From: a virus | DNA length: 33,290 bases | IMG/VR virus record: IMGVR_UViG_3300045988_070243 | Direction: 5' to 3' (one strand) | Part shown: in pieces, positions 1 through 7,076 of the stretch | How the letters are laid out: each line of letters begins with the position of its first letter | Numbering within the stretch: position 1 is the stretch's first letter | Program-made: the position numbers and the translations under genes | The notes under the pieces: model-generated | What the model was told of the DNA's origin: nothing | Databases searched by the model: none | Seen by the model: the letters and a program-made list of their open reading frames with translations, nothing else

Positions 1-99
1 GTTTTTTTTAAAAGAAAAGAGGTCACCAAGACATTAAACTGGAGATAACCGTGAACAAGTAAGAACGTAGATTTGTATTAACGTATAAAACGAAGCGAA
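1..99. repeat. Terminal direct repeat, left copy (identical to 33192..33290). Indicates a circular or terminally redundant genome of 33,191 bp.
   Basis: Bases 1..99 (GTTTTTTTTAAAAGAAAAGAGGTCACC...ACGAAGCGAA) recur base for base at 33192..33290, read directly from the sequence. Confidence 0.95.
68..75 (+). promoter_or_regulatory. Candidate -7 box TAGATTTG (TAnnTTTG type) upstream of the ORF starting at 102
   Basis: Matches TAnnTTTG exactly and lies 27 nt upstream of ATG 102. Confidence 0.35.
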
Positions 100-101
100 G
101 T

Positions 102-366
102 ATGAAAGCAATTGATTTAATTTTCAGAGAAACATTGACCGTCGGTCAGCTCGAGATGAAAAGCCACGTATTAGTATTTATAGACGAGACAGGCAACGAG
201 TATAGCGATACTTTTTCAGAGGTACGCCATAACGGTAGATTTGAGGCATACCAATACAACGGTACGCCATAACGGTAGATTTGAGGCATACCAATACAAC
301 GGTATGGTATACGAACACATGCAGAACCTTATGGAAGCTATTTTCTTAAATAAGGTTAACAAGTGA
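102..366 (+). pseudogene. Small early ORF interrupted by a 40-bp tandem duplication. As written it reads 102..272 (56 aa). Removing one repeat copy restores a 74-aa ORF ending at TGA 364..366.
   Basis: ATG 102 reads MKAIDLIFRETLTVGQLEMKSHVLVFIDETGNEYSDTFSEVRHNGRFEAYQYN. The second repeat copy shifts the frame to TAA at 270..272. The original frame resumes at 301 (GMVYEHMQNLMEAIFLNKVNK*). Confidence 0.5.
221..300. repeat. Perfect 40-bp x 2 tandem direct repeat (GGTACGCCATAACGGTAGATTTGAGGCATACCAATACAAC)
   Basis: 221..260 and 261..300 are identical. The next 4 nt (GGTA, 301..304) also match the start of the unit. Confidence 0.97.
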
Positions 367-414
367 ACCAACGTATTAGCAAAACCGTTATATTTGCATC
401 AACAATTTAAAAAG
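355..414 (+). promoter_or_regulatory. Early promoter cassette copy 1: GTTAAC - GAACCAAC - TATATTTG (-7 box, 389..396) - CAATTTAAAAA leader
   Basis: Same ordered blocks as at 2574..2633 and 13715..13773. The TAnnTTTG box lies ~27 nt before the GTG start at 423. Confidence 0.55.
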
Positions 415-422
415 ATAAAGTT

Positions 423-698
423 GTGGAAGAGCAAAAGTTTATTATCGAGGAAGTGAAAAAGCATTTGCAGGCGAGTGCGAGAAAGAACAACTACCGAGTT
501 ATTGACGCAGTGCACGAAATGCCGACGTTTGAGGGATTTATACTCCCTTACTACGTCTCTACAATGGAGGGGACGAAATACCCGGTAAACATAGAGGATA
601 TGTACATCTACTGCGACGAGTGGGAAGAGTTCTACAATGAGACGGTAGTCAAGGTTGCACAAGCCATTTTGGAAGCCGAACAAATCAAAGAAGCATAA
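423..698 (+). CDS. Hypothetical early protein (91 aa, GTG start)
   Basis: Open frame directly downstream of promoter cassette 1, with GTG 9 nt after the AATTTAAAAAG motif. No domain recognised. Confidence 0.6.
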   Translation: MEEQKFIIEEVKKHLQASARKNNYRVIDAVHEMPTFEGFILPYYVSTMEGTKYPVNIEDMYIYCDEWEEFYNETVVKVAQAILEAEQIKEA

Positions 699-730
699 AT
701 TAGTTATTCACCATATAAAAAGAAAAGAAA

Positions 731-1384
731 ATGAAGATTACACCGTTAACAATTGATTTTGACGTTACAAACGAACAAGAAGTAGCATTTGTAAATGAAC
801 TCATGAACAGTCTATTTGGAAGCGCACCGCTTAAGGCTATGGCAGCGCCTACAGAAAGCCCCGTAAACAGTACAAGTGTACCAACGTTTAGCGAACCGAC
901 GCAGACCGCCGCACCCGTTCAAGAAGTAAAGGAGGTAGCAAATCCCGAAGCCACAGCGGTAGCTGTTGCCGAGGAAACAATAGCAGACGCTATCGCAAAT
1001 GTGAAAAAAGAAATGGGAAAGCCCGAAAGTGTAGCAAAGCCAAAGCCCGAAAATGTAGCAAAGCCAAAGCCCGAAAATGTAGCAAAGCCAAAGCCCGAAA
1101 ATGTAGCAAAGCCAAAGACTGTAAAGGAAGCCCCACAACCGACGATTGAACCCGAACATATACAAGCTCCCGTTGAAGAGGAGAAAGCCCCGGAAAAAGC
1201 CTCAAAAGAGCCTCTAACGGCAAAAGACATGCAGGCGTTCATGATTGATTTAATGAAGACCGGGAAAATCACCCGTCCGCAATTAACGGATATCATGCTG
1301 GAGTTTGGCGGCGCATCCCTTATGCGCATCAAGCCCGAGAAGTACGAGCTATTGAAACAACGTATTGAAACCTATAACGATTAA
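731..1384 (+). CDS. Hypothetical protein with a P/E/A/K-rich low-complexity centre and VAKPKPEN x4 repeats
   Basis: 217-codon ORF with an A-rich leader. The internal 24-bp tandem repeats stay in frame. The C-terminal ~60 aa look globular (KDMQAFMIDLMKTGKITRPQLTDIMLEFGG). Confidence 0.7.
   Translation: MKITPLTIDFDVTNEQEVAFVNELMNSLFGSAPLKAMAAPTESPVNSTSVPTFSEPTQTAAPVQEVKEVANPEATAVAVAEETIADAIANVKKEMGKPESVAKPKPENVAKPKPENVAKPKPENVAKPKTVKEAPQPTIEPEHIQAPVEEEKAPEKASKEPLTAKDMQAFMIDLMKTGKITRPQLTDIMLEFGGASLMRIKPEKYELLKQRIETYND
1031..1126 (+). repeat. In-frame 24-bp tandem repeat (GTAGCAAAGCCAAAGCCCGAAAAT), three perfect copies plus a partial fourth
   Basis: Units at 1031..1054, 1055..1078 and 1079..1102 are identical. 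1103..1126 shares the first 16 nt. Each unit encodes VAKPKPEN. Confidence 0.95.
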
Positions 1385-1389
1385 AAAGA

Positions 1390-2568
1390 ATGGAAGTACA
1401 AATAGACCACACAAGTAGGGCACATGCCCTGCTTTCCCCGAGCAGCTCGCACCGATGGCTTAACTGCACACCGTCCGCACGGTTGGAAGAACCATATGAG
1501 AGCATGAGTAGCGCGGCAGCAGAAGAAGGGACAGTAGTGCACGAGTTGGCAGAGCACGCGATAGAAAAGTATTTGGCCGGGGAATATCTACCATTATTGG
1601 ACGAATTGCCCGTACCCGACGAAATACGTAACAACAAATACTATAGTTCAGAAATGGAACACTACGTAACAGATTACGTGTGCTATGTGTGCGACATATA
1701 TGAACTGGAGGAAGGCGCCAAAATGAGTATAGAGCGAAAGTTTGACCTAACCGCATACGTACCCGAGTGTTTCGGTAGCTGTGACTGCGACATAGTGGGC
1801 GAGACAGTTCTAAACATCATAGACCTAAAATATGGCAAGGGCGTACAAGTAGATGCAAACGAAAACAGCCAATTGATGATGTACGCTATAGGGGTGCTTA
1901 ACTCCTTAGAGCCATCGCACCGCTCCAAGATTGAAAAGGTACGTATGCACATCGCACAAGTACGGTTAGGCAATTACTCGGTATTCGAGATGTCCGCGCG
2001 TGATTTGATCCACTGGGCGATACATGTGCTGCGTCCCACCGCGGAGAAGGCATGGGCGGGACAAGGGGAAACCAAAGTAGGTAGTCATTGTAAGTTCTGC
2101 AAGTTCAAAGCACAGTGCAGGGCACAGAAAGATGCTTTAGTTAACGAGTTCGAGACCTACGGGGACACCAAGGCATTAACGCTTGACGAGATAGGCGACA
2201 TACTAAGCAAGTCCGATATGTTCACCGACTGGCTTGCCTCGGTCAAGACATTTGCAATGCAAGCCGCCCTACGAGGCGAAAAGGTTAAGGGGTGGAAACT
2301 CGTAGAGGGCAGGTCAGCACGTGTCATAAACGACGAGGAAACAGCCATAGAGCGGCTAAATGCCATCGGGTTATCTACCGAGGACATAACTAACCGCAAA
2401 CTGAAAGGTATTGGAGACCTTGAACGCCTGGTTGGTAAAAAGCCGCTCGCCGCTACGCTTGACGGGCTGATAGTCAAGCCGCAAGGACTACCAACGTTAG
2501 CCCCGGAAAGCGATAAGCGCGAGGAGCTAAGCCCAACTATAGATGACTTCGATGAATTAAATTCATAA
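1390..2568 (+). CDS. PD-(D/E)XK exonuclease, Cas4/RecB-like, phage DUF2800-type
   Basis: N-terminus HALLSPSSSHRWLNCTPSARLE, nuclease core CDCDIVG...IIDLKYGKG (D..DxK), QLMMYA (QxxxY), C-terminal cysteine cluster HCKFCKFKAQC. Sits in the canonical DUF2800-DUF2815-PolA module. Confidence 0.8.
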   Translation: MEVQIDHTSRAHALLSPSSSHRWLNCTPSARLEEPYESMSSAAAEEGTVVHELAEHAIEKYLAGEYLPLLDELPVPDEIRNNKYYSSEMEHYVTDYVCYVCDIYELEEGAKMSIERKFDLTAYVPECFGSCDCDIVGETVLNIIDLKYGKGVQVDANENSQLMMYAIGVLNSLEPSHRSKIEKVRMHIAQVRLGNYSVFEMSARDLIHWAIHVLRPTAEKAWAGQGETKVGSHCKFCKFKAQCRAQKDALVNEFETYGDTKALTLDEIGDILSKSDMFTDWLASVKTFAMQAALRGEKVKGWKLVEGRSARVINDEETAIERLNAIGLSTEDITNRKLKGIGDLERLVGKKPLAATLDGLIVKPQGLPTLAPESDKREELSPTIDDFDELNS

Positions 2569-2573
2569 AAGAA

Positions 2574-2633
2574 GTTAACAAAAGAACCAACTTATCAGAT
2601 AAAGCGTTATATTTGCATTATCAATTTAAAAAC
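2574..2633 (+). promoter_or_regulatory. Early promoter cassette copy 2: GTTAAC - GAACCAAC - TATATTTG (2608..2615) - CAATTTAAAAAC
   Basis: Block-for-block similarity to 355..414 and 13715..13773. Lies 27 nt upstream of ATG 2642. Confidence 0.55.
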
Positions 2634-2641
2634 AAAACGAT

Positions 2642-2950
2642 ATGAAAAGTAACAACGGTATTTTAACGGAGAAAGAGATTCAAGAAAGAACCGAGTTTTG
2701 GAATGAAAAGCAATTCCGTACCTGGAGCAAGAAAGAACTCGAAAGAACCTCTAAAGACATGCAAAATCTTTTGGTAGCTATAAAGGGATTCAGCGCGGAC
2801 GAGATTAAAGCCATCAAAAAGTTAAATAGATATGCCTTTGGAACATGCTACAAAAATGACCCGAAGTTTATCATATGGATGGCAGACCAAAGAGACTTAG
2901 ACTATGCTATTTCAATAGCACCAAAGACTTTTAAAGTTAAACAAGGTTAA
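2642..2950 (+). CDS. Hypothetical early protein (102 aa)
   Basis: ORF directly downstream of promoter cassette 2. No domain recognised. Confidence 0.65.
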   Translation: MKSNNGILTEKEIQERTEFWNEKQFRTWSKKELERTSKDMQNLLVAIKGFSADEIKAIKKLNRYAFGTCYKNDPKFIIWMADQRDLDYAISIAPKTFKVKQG

Positions 2951-3005
2951 CAGAGTAAACAACCTATTGGTTTATTTGTTATCTTCGCATCATCAAATTA
3001 AAAAC
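2946..3005 (+). promoter_or_regulatory. Early promoter cassette copy 3 (variant): GTTAAC - AAACAACCTATTG - TATCTTCG (2980..2987) - CAAATTAAAAAC
   Basis: Shares ACAACCTAT..TATTTG..TATCTTCGCA with the copies at 9598..9673 and 33064..33105. Its -7 box is one mismatch from TAnnTTTG. Confidence 0.4.
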
Positions 3006-3050
3006 GGAACGCCCGAACCGATTAGAGGGCAAAAACAAAAATTGTAGAAT

Positions 3051-3590
3051 ATGAAAGTAATGATTAAGAACGTGAGATTGAGTTATGTTAGATTGTTTGA
3101 AGCGCAACAAGTCAACGGACAAGGAGAAGCAAGTTACAGTGTATGTTTATTGATTCCGAAGGATAGCCCGGAAGTCCCAAAGATTAAGGAAGCTATAGAA
3201 CAAGAATTTAGGGGGCTGAAATCTCGTTACCCGAAACTGAACGGCAAAGACCCGAAGGTATGGACTAACCCGTTAAGAGATGGGGATGCCGAGAAAGACG
3301 GTGCAGAATATCAAGGGTGCTACTTTATCAACGCAAAGCGTAAAGAGAAGCAAGGCGCACCTATCGTAATCGACGGTAAGAAACAGTACATAACAGACCA
3401 GAACGAAGTTTATAGCGGTTCTTGGGGCAACGTAGCCGTATCATTTTACCCTTATGAGTTTACCGGGAAATACGGTATCGGTGTAGGTTTGAACGGTGTG
3501 CAGAAGACGAGAGACGACGAAAGACTGGACGGCGGAACAAGCATTGACGATTTCGATTTTGAAGACGAGAACGACGATTTATTCAACTAA
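3051..3590 (+). CDS. Single-stranded DNA-binding protein, DUF2815 / T7 gp2.5-like
   Basis: N-terminus VRLSYVRLFEAQ...ASYSVCLLIPKDSPE is typical of DUF2815. The acidic C-terminal tail ending in an aromatic residue (DDFDFEDENDDLFN) is the hallmark of gp2.5-type SSBs. Position next to the exonuclease and polymerase fits. Confidence 0.8.
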   Translation: MKVMIKNVRLSYVRLFEAQQVNGQGEASYSVCLLIPKDSPEVPKIKEAIEQEFRGLKSRYPKLNGKDPKVWTNPLRDGDAEKDGAEYQGCYFINAKRKEKQGAPIVIDGKKQYITDQNEVYSGSWGNVAVSFYPYEFTGKYGIGVGLNGVQKTRDDERLDGGTSIDDFDFEDENDDLFN

Positions 3591-3653
3591 CAATTCAATT
3601 AAGCAGATTAATAGCCGGGCGGTGTAACAGCCGCCCAAAAATAAAAAGCAAAA

Positions 3654-4754
3654 ATGGGAAAATACGATTCGTATGTAAACGCGGAAGGAGTTAGAATTTC
3701 AAAGGTAACGGGAAAACCGTTGAAAAAATATAATAAGGTCAACAAGGCATACTGGGCAGCTCGTGAAGGCAAAGCATTAGTAGGGGTACAGCAGCCCGTA
3801 GTAGAGGCTGACCCCTTAATAGAGGAGCTTAAAAGCTATTACAACGAGGAAGAGCTAAAGGGTATTATAGGTTTGAAGAAGGACGCGCCGCCCGTCGAAC
3901 TGGTACACATCACACCGAAGAAAAATACATCACTCGACGAGGGTAATACCGGGTTTCTTATCGCGTCTGACTGGCACGCCGACGAAGTAGTAAAGGCATC
4001 TACGGTATTGGGAAAAAACGAGTATAACAAGGATATCGCAGAAAAGCGTATCACTAATTTCTTTGCGAATGCTGCCTATATGATTAAGAAAAAGCCCGTG
4101 GACAACTTGGTTATCGGTTTGATTGGTGATATGATAGGCGGCTACATACACCCCGAACTCGAGCAAACAAATAGCATGTCCCCGATGCGCGGTGTTAACT
4201 TCGTTAAGAACCTAATTATCTCCGGGCTTAAGTATCTGCATGACCAGCTACCCGAGGTTAACAAAATTACTGTCATCGGTATATGTGGAAACCATTCAAG
4301 AACTACAAAAAAGATGCAGTTTAGCAACGGTTTCGAGATGAACTATGAATATTTCATGTACAAGGACATCGAACACACCTTAACACTTATGGGGCTGACA
4401 AAATTCAGTTTCATTATCCCCGAAAGTGAATTTGCTTATATCGACGTGTACGGAAAGAAAGTGTTGTTTGCGCATGGGCATCAATTCCGAACAGCCGGCG
4501 GTATCGGGGGTATTTACCCGTCAATGATGCGCTGGTACGCAAAGATGAACCAAACAATACAAATTGATAAAGCCTTTATAGGACATTATCACCAAATGGT
4601 ATACACTAAAGAGGTTTGCGTTAACGGCTCTTTAAAAGGTTTCGATGCTTTCGCAGTGGGACACGGACTGGCATATGAGGAACCACAACAAACATACGTA
4701 ATTCTCAACGAAAAGCGCGGATTTATTTTCTACTCACCTATTTTTGCAGATTAA
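3654..4754 (+). CDS. Calcineurin-like metallophosphoesterase
   Basis: Ordered metallophosphatase motifs: SDWHAD (DxH), IGDMIGG (GDxxG), CGNHSR (GNH), FAHGHQ and IGHYHQ. Confidence 0.7.
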   Translation: MGKYDSYVNAEGVRISKVTGKPLKKYNKVNKAYWAAREGKALVGVQQPVVEADPLIEELKSYYNEEELKGIIGLKKDAPPVELVHITPKKNTSLDEGNTGFLIASDWHADEVVKASTVLGKNEYNKDIAEKRITNFFANAAYMIKKKPVDNLVIGLIGDMIGGYIHPELEQTNSMSPMRGVNFVKNLIISGLKYLHDQLPEVNKITVIGICGNHSRTTKKMQFSNGFEMNYEYFMYKDIEHTLTLMGLTKFSFIIPESEFAYIDVYGKKVLFAHGHQFRTAGGIGGIYPSMMRWYAKMNQTIQIDKAFIGHYHQMVYTKEVCVNGSLKGFDAFAVGHGLAYEEPQQTYVILNEKRGFIFYSPIFAD

Positions 4755-4761
4755 GTTAAAG

Positions 4762-4812
4762 GGCTACTAATTGTTAAATAAATGCAATTAGTAGCCTTTC
4801 TTCTTGTTTATT
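4762..4812 (+). terminator. Rho-independent terminator after the phosphoesterase gene
   Basis: Perfect 12-bp stem GGCTACTAATTG (4762..4773) / CAATTAGTAGCC (4785..4796) with an 11-nt loop, followed by TTTCTTCTTGTTTATT. Confidence 0.75.
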
Positions 4813-4825
4813 AAAAACTTTTACC

Positions 4826-4833
4826 TACCTTTG
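4826..4833 (+). promoter_or_regulatory. -7 box TACCTTTG (second promoter class) upstream of 4872
   Basis: Exact TAnnTTTG. The same octamer TACCTTTG recurs at 15525..15532 (before terS) and 17270..17277 (before terL). Confidence 0.5.
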
Positions 4834-4871
4834 CCGTTGTATTAGTATAAACAATTAAAACCAAAGAAGTT

Positions 4872-5057
4872 ATGAAAGTTACAACGAAGTATTTTATAGA
4901 CTATGTGTATGACCAACCGAGTGGAGCTAATTATTATCACACATTAGTGAGAACCCGAGACAATGCGATATTGTTTAGCAACCCTAATTTGCAATTGGCT
5001 ATTGATTACGTGAAAGAGATTCAAGGCATTAACTCAAAAGACTTATGCATATTATGA
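4872..5057 (+). CDS. Hypothetical protein (61 aa)
   Basis: ORF downstream of the TACCTTTG box. Its TGA overlaps an in-frame ATG of the polymerase ORF (ATGA at 5054..5057). Confidence 0.5.
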   Translation: MKVTTKYFIDYVYDQPSGANYYHTLVRTRDNAILFSNPNLQLAIDYVKEIQGINSKDLCIL

Positions 5058-7072
5058 AGCATCTTTTTATAGACTTTGAAACGTATTCCGAAACGGACAT
5101 TAAAAGCGCTGGTAACTATAAATACTGTGAGGACGAGAATTTCGAAATTCTCCTTTGTGGTTACATGTGGGACACCGACACGGACGTTTCAATTATCGAC
5201 CTAACAAAGCCCGGAGGACTGGACGAGTTCAACGAGTTGTTCACGTATGTAAAGAACAACGAGGACGTTGTAGTAGTAGCACACAACGCTACATTTGAGC
5301 GTATCTGTTTGCGCGAGTACGGGTTTGACATCAGCCCTATGCGTTTTTTCTGCACAGCTAACATGTCGTTATATTGCGGTATGCCCGCATCACTGGAGGC
5401 GGTATCTAACATTCTGAACCTGGACGATAAGAAGAAGGGCACGGGAAAAAACCTCATCCGTTACTTTTCTATCCCTTGCAAACCCACCAAAACAAACGGC
5501 GGACGTACCCGTAACCTTCCCGAGCACGACCCGAAAGCCTGGGAGGAGTTCAAAGAATATCTGCGTTATGACGTGCTTTCTGAAAAGGAAATATTCGGTA
5601 AGTTGTCCCGGTTTGAATTCCCGGAAGAAGAACAACGCATCTATGCAGCAGACCAGCGTATAAACGACTACGGCATATTGGCAGACCTCGAGCTGGCGCA
5701 CGCCGCGCAAGATATGGACGAAGAATATAAAGCGCGTCTTACTGAAAAAGCCGAAAAGGAATTCGGGTTAAGTTCTCTAAAGTCCATGCCACAGCTAAAG
5801 AACTTCATTAAAGAGCGTACAGGCGTGGTTATTGATTCTCTCAATAAGAATAGTATCGAAGAGGTTATAAAGACCGTAGCGAGCCTTAAAAACGTTACTG
5901 AAGAGGATAAGCAAGCAGTGTTAGGCGTTATAGACTTGCGTAGGGAGATAGGTAAAACGTCGAACGCCAAGTACACCGCCATACTCGCAAGCGCCGGGAG
6001 GGGCAACCGTATCAGAGGTTTGTTCCGTTATTACGGGGCGAACCGTACCGGGAGATGGGCCGGGCGCCTGGTCCAATTACAGAACCTACCGCAGAACCAT
6101 ATCGAGGACTTGGACGGGGCACGAGACCTCGCAAAGCTGCACGATTTGGATATGATGGAAGTTATATACGACAAGCCTACACATATACTTTCGCAGCTTA
6201 TACGTACCGCGTTTATCGCCCCCGAGGGGTACACGTTCGCTGTAGCTGACTTCTCGGCGATTGAAGCCCGAGTAATTGCATGGGTTGCAAACGAGCAATG
6301 GCGTTTAGACTTATTTAACGACCCGAAAGCAGATATTTATTGCGCCTCGGCATCTAAAATGTTTGGTGTCCCAGTACACAAGGGAGACGATTTAAGACAG
6401 CGCGGTAAGGTAGCGGAGCTTGCACTCGGATATGGCGGCGGCGTTAATGCCCTTACCACAATGGATATTAAAAAAGCATTAACAGATGAAGAAAAACCTC
6501 AAATATTGTCAAAATGGAGAGAAGCTAATAAGAAAATAGTATCTTTGTGGCGTTCGCTTGAGGATTGCGCCAAAAGATGTATCGGAACGAGACGCGAACA
6601 AGTTTATAGGGTAGACGATGTTTCGAGTATTATTTTTCGATATGAGAGCGGCGCAATGACTATCGAACTACCGAGCGGTAGAAAGCTATTTTATCCGTCG
6701 GCAAGAATGGGGAGGCGCACCATAGAAGGCGTTAACGGCTCGTTTGAAGTTGAAAATATATCCTACATGGGTCAAGACCAAACTTCCGGGAAATGGGTTA
6801 AACTAAACACCTACGGAGGCAAGTTAACCGAGAACGTTGTACAAGCAATAGCCCGTGACTTGCTGGCAAATGCGATTTTTGAGGTATTCGATTTAGGTTT
6901 TAATATCGTGCTGCATGTGCACGATGAAATAGCCGCCGAGATTCCGAAAGACGGGAACGAAGAAAAGACGCTGCAAATAATGAGCGATGCCATGTGCAGT
7001 GCCCCGAGTTGGGCAAAGGGCATACCATTAAGGGCAGCAGGTTATATTACTGAATATTACAAAAAAGATTAA
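5045..7072 (+). CDS. Family A DNA polymerase with 3'-5' exonuclease domain
   Basis: Exo motifs LFIDFETYS (DxE) and VAHNATFE. Pol motif A VADFSAIEARV, motif B RQRGKVAELALGYGGG, motif C LHVHDEI. The start may instead be ATG 5054 (ATGA overlap with the upstream stop). Confidence 0.9.
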   Translation: MHIMKHLFIDFETYSETDIKSAGNYKYCEDENFEILLCGYMWDTDTDVSIIDLTKPGGLDEFNELFTYVKNNEDVVVVAHNATFERICLREYGFDISPMRFFCTANMSLYCGMPASLEAVSNILNLDDKKKGTGKNLIRYFSIPCKPTKTNGGRTRNLPEHDPKAWEEFKEYLRYDVLSEKEIFGKLSRFEFPEEEQRIYAADQRINDYGILADLELAHAAQDMDEEYKARLTEKAEKEFGLSSLKSMPQLKNFIKERTGVVIDSLNKNSIEEVIKTVASLKNVTEEDKQAVLGVIDLRREIGKTSNAKYTAILASAGRGNRIRGLFRYYGANRTGRWAGRLVQLQNLPQNHIEDLDGARDLAKLHDLDMMEVIYDKPTHILSQLIRTAFIAPEGYTFAVADFSAIEARVIAWVANEQWRLDLFNDPKADIYCASASKMFGVPVHKGDDLRQRGKVAELALGYGGGVNALTTMDIKKALTDEEKPQILSKWREANKKIVSLWRSLEDCAKRCIGTRREQVYRVDDVSSIIFRYESGAMTIELPSGRKLFYPSARMGRRTIEGVNGSFEVENISYMGQDQTSGKWVKLNTYGGKLTENVVQAIARDLLANAIFEVFDLGFNIVLHVHDEIAAEIPKDGNEEKTLQIMSDAMCSAPSWAKGIPLRAAGYITEYYKKD

Positions 7073-7076
7073 AATT

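Noticed and set aside
1018-1126. Possible CRISPR-like or regulatory repeat array
   Set aside because: The 24-bp units are directly abutting with no spacers. They are in frame and encode VAKPKPEN within a continuous ORF, so this is a coding tandem repeat and not a CRISPR array.
3617-3636. Hairpin GGGCGG/CCGCCC after the SSB gene, and hairpin GGGGG/CCCCC at 9524..9541 after the primase-helicase gene, as terminators
   Set aside because: Both stems are short (5-6 bp) and are followed by A-rich rather than T-rich tracts on the + strand. They are not listed as terminator features, although they may still pause or stabilise transcripts.
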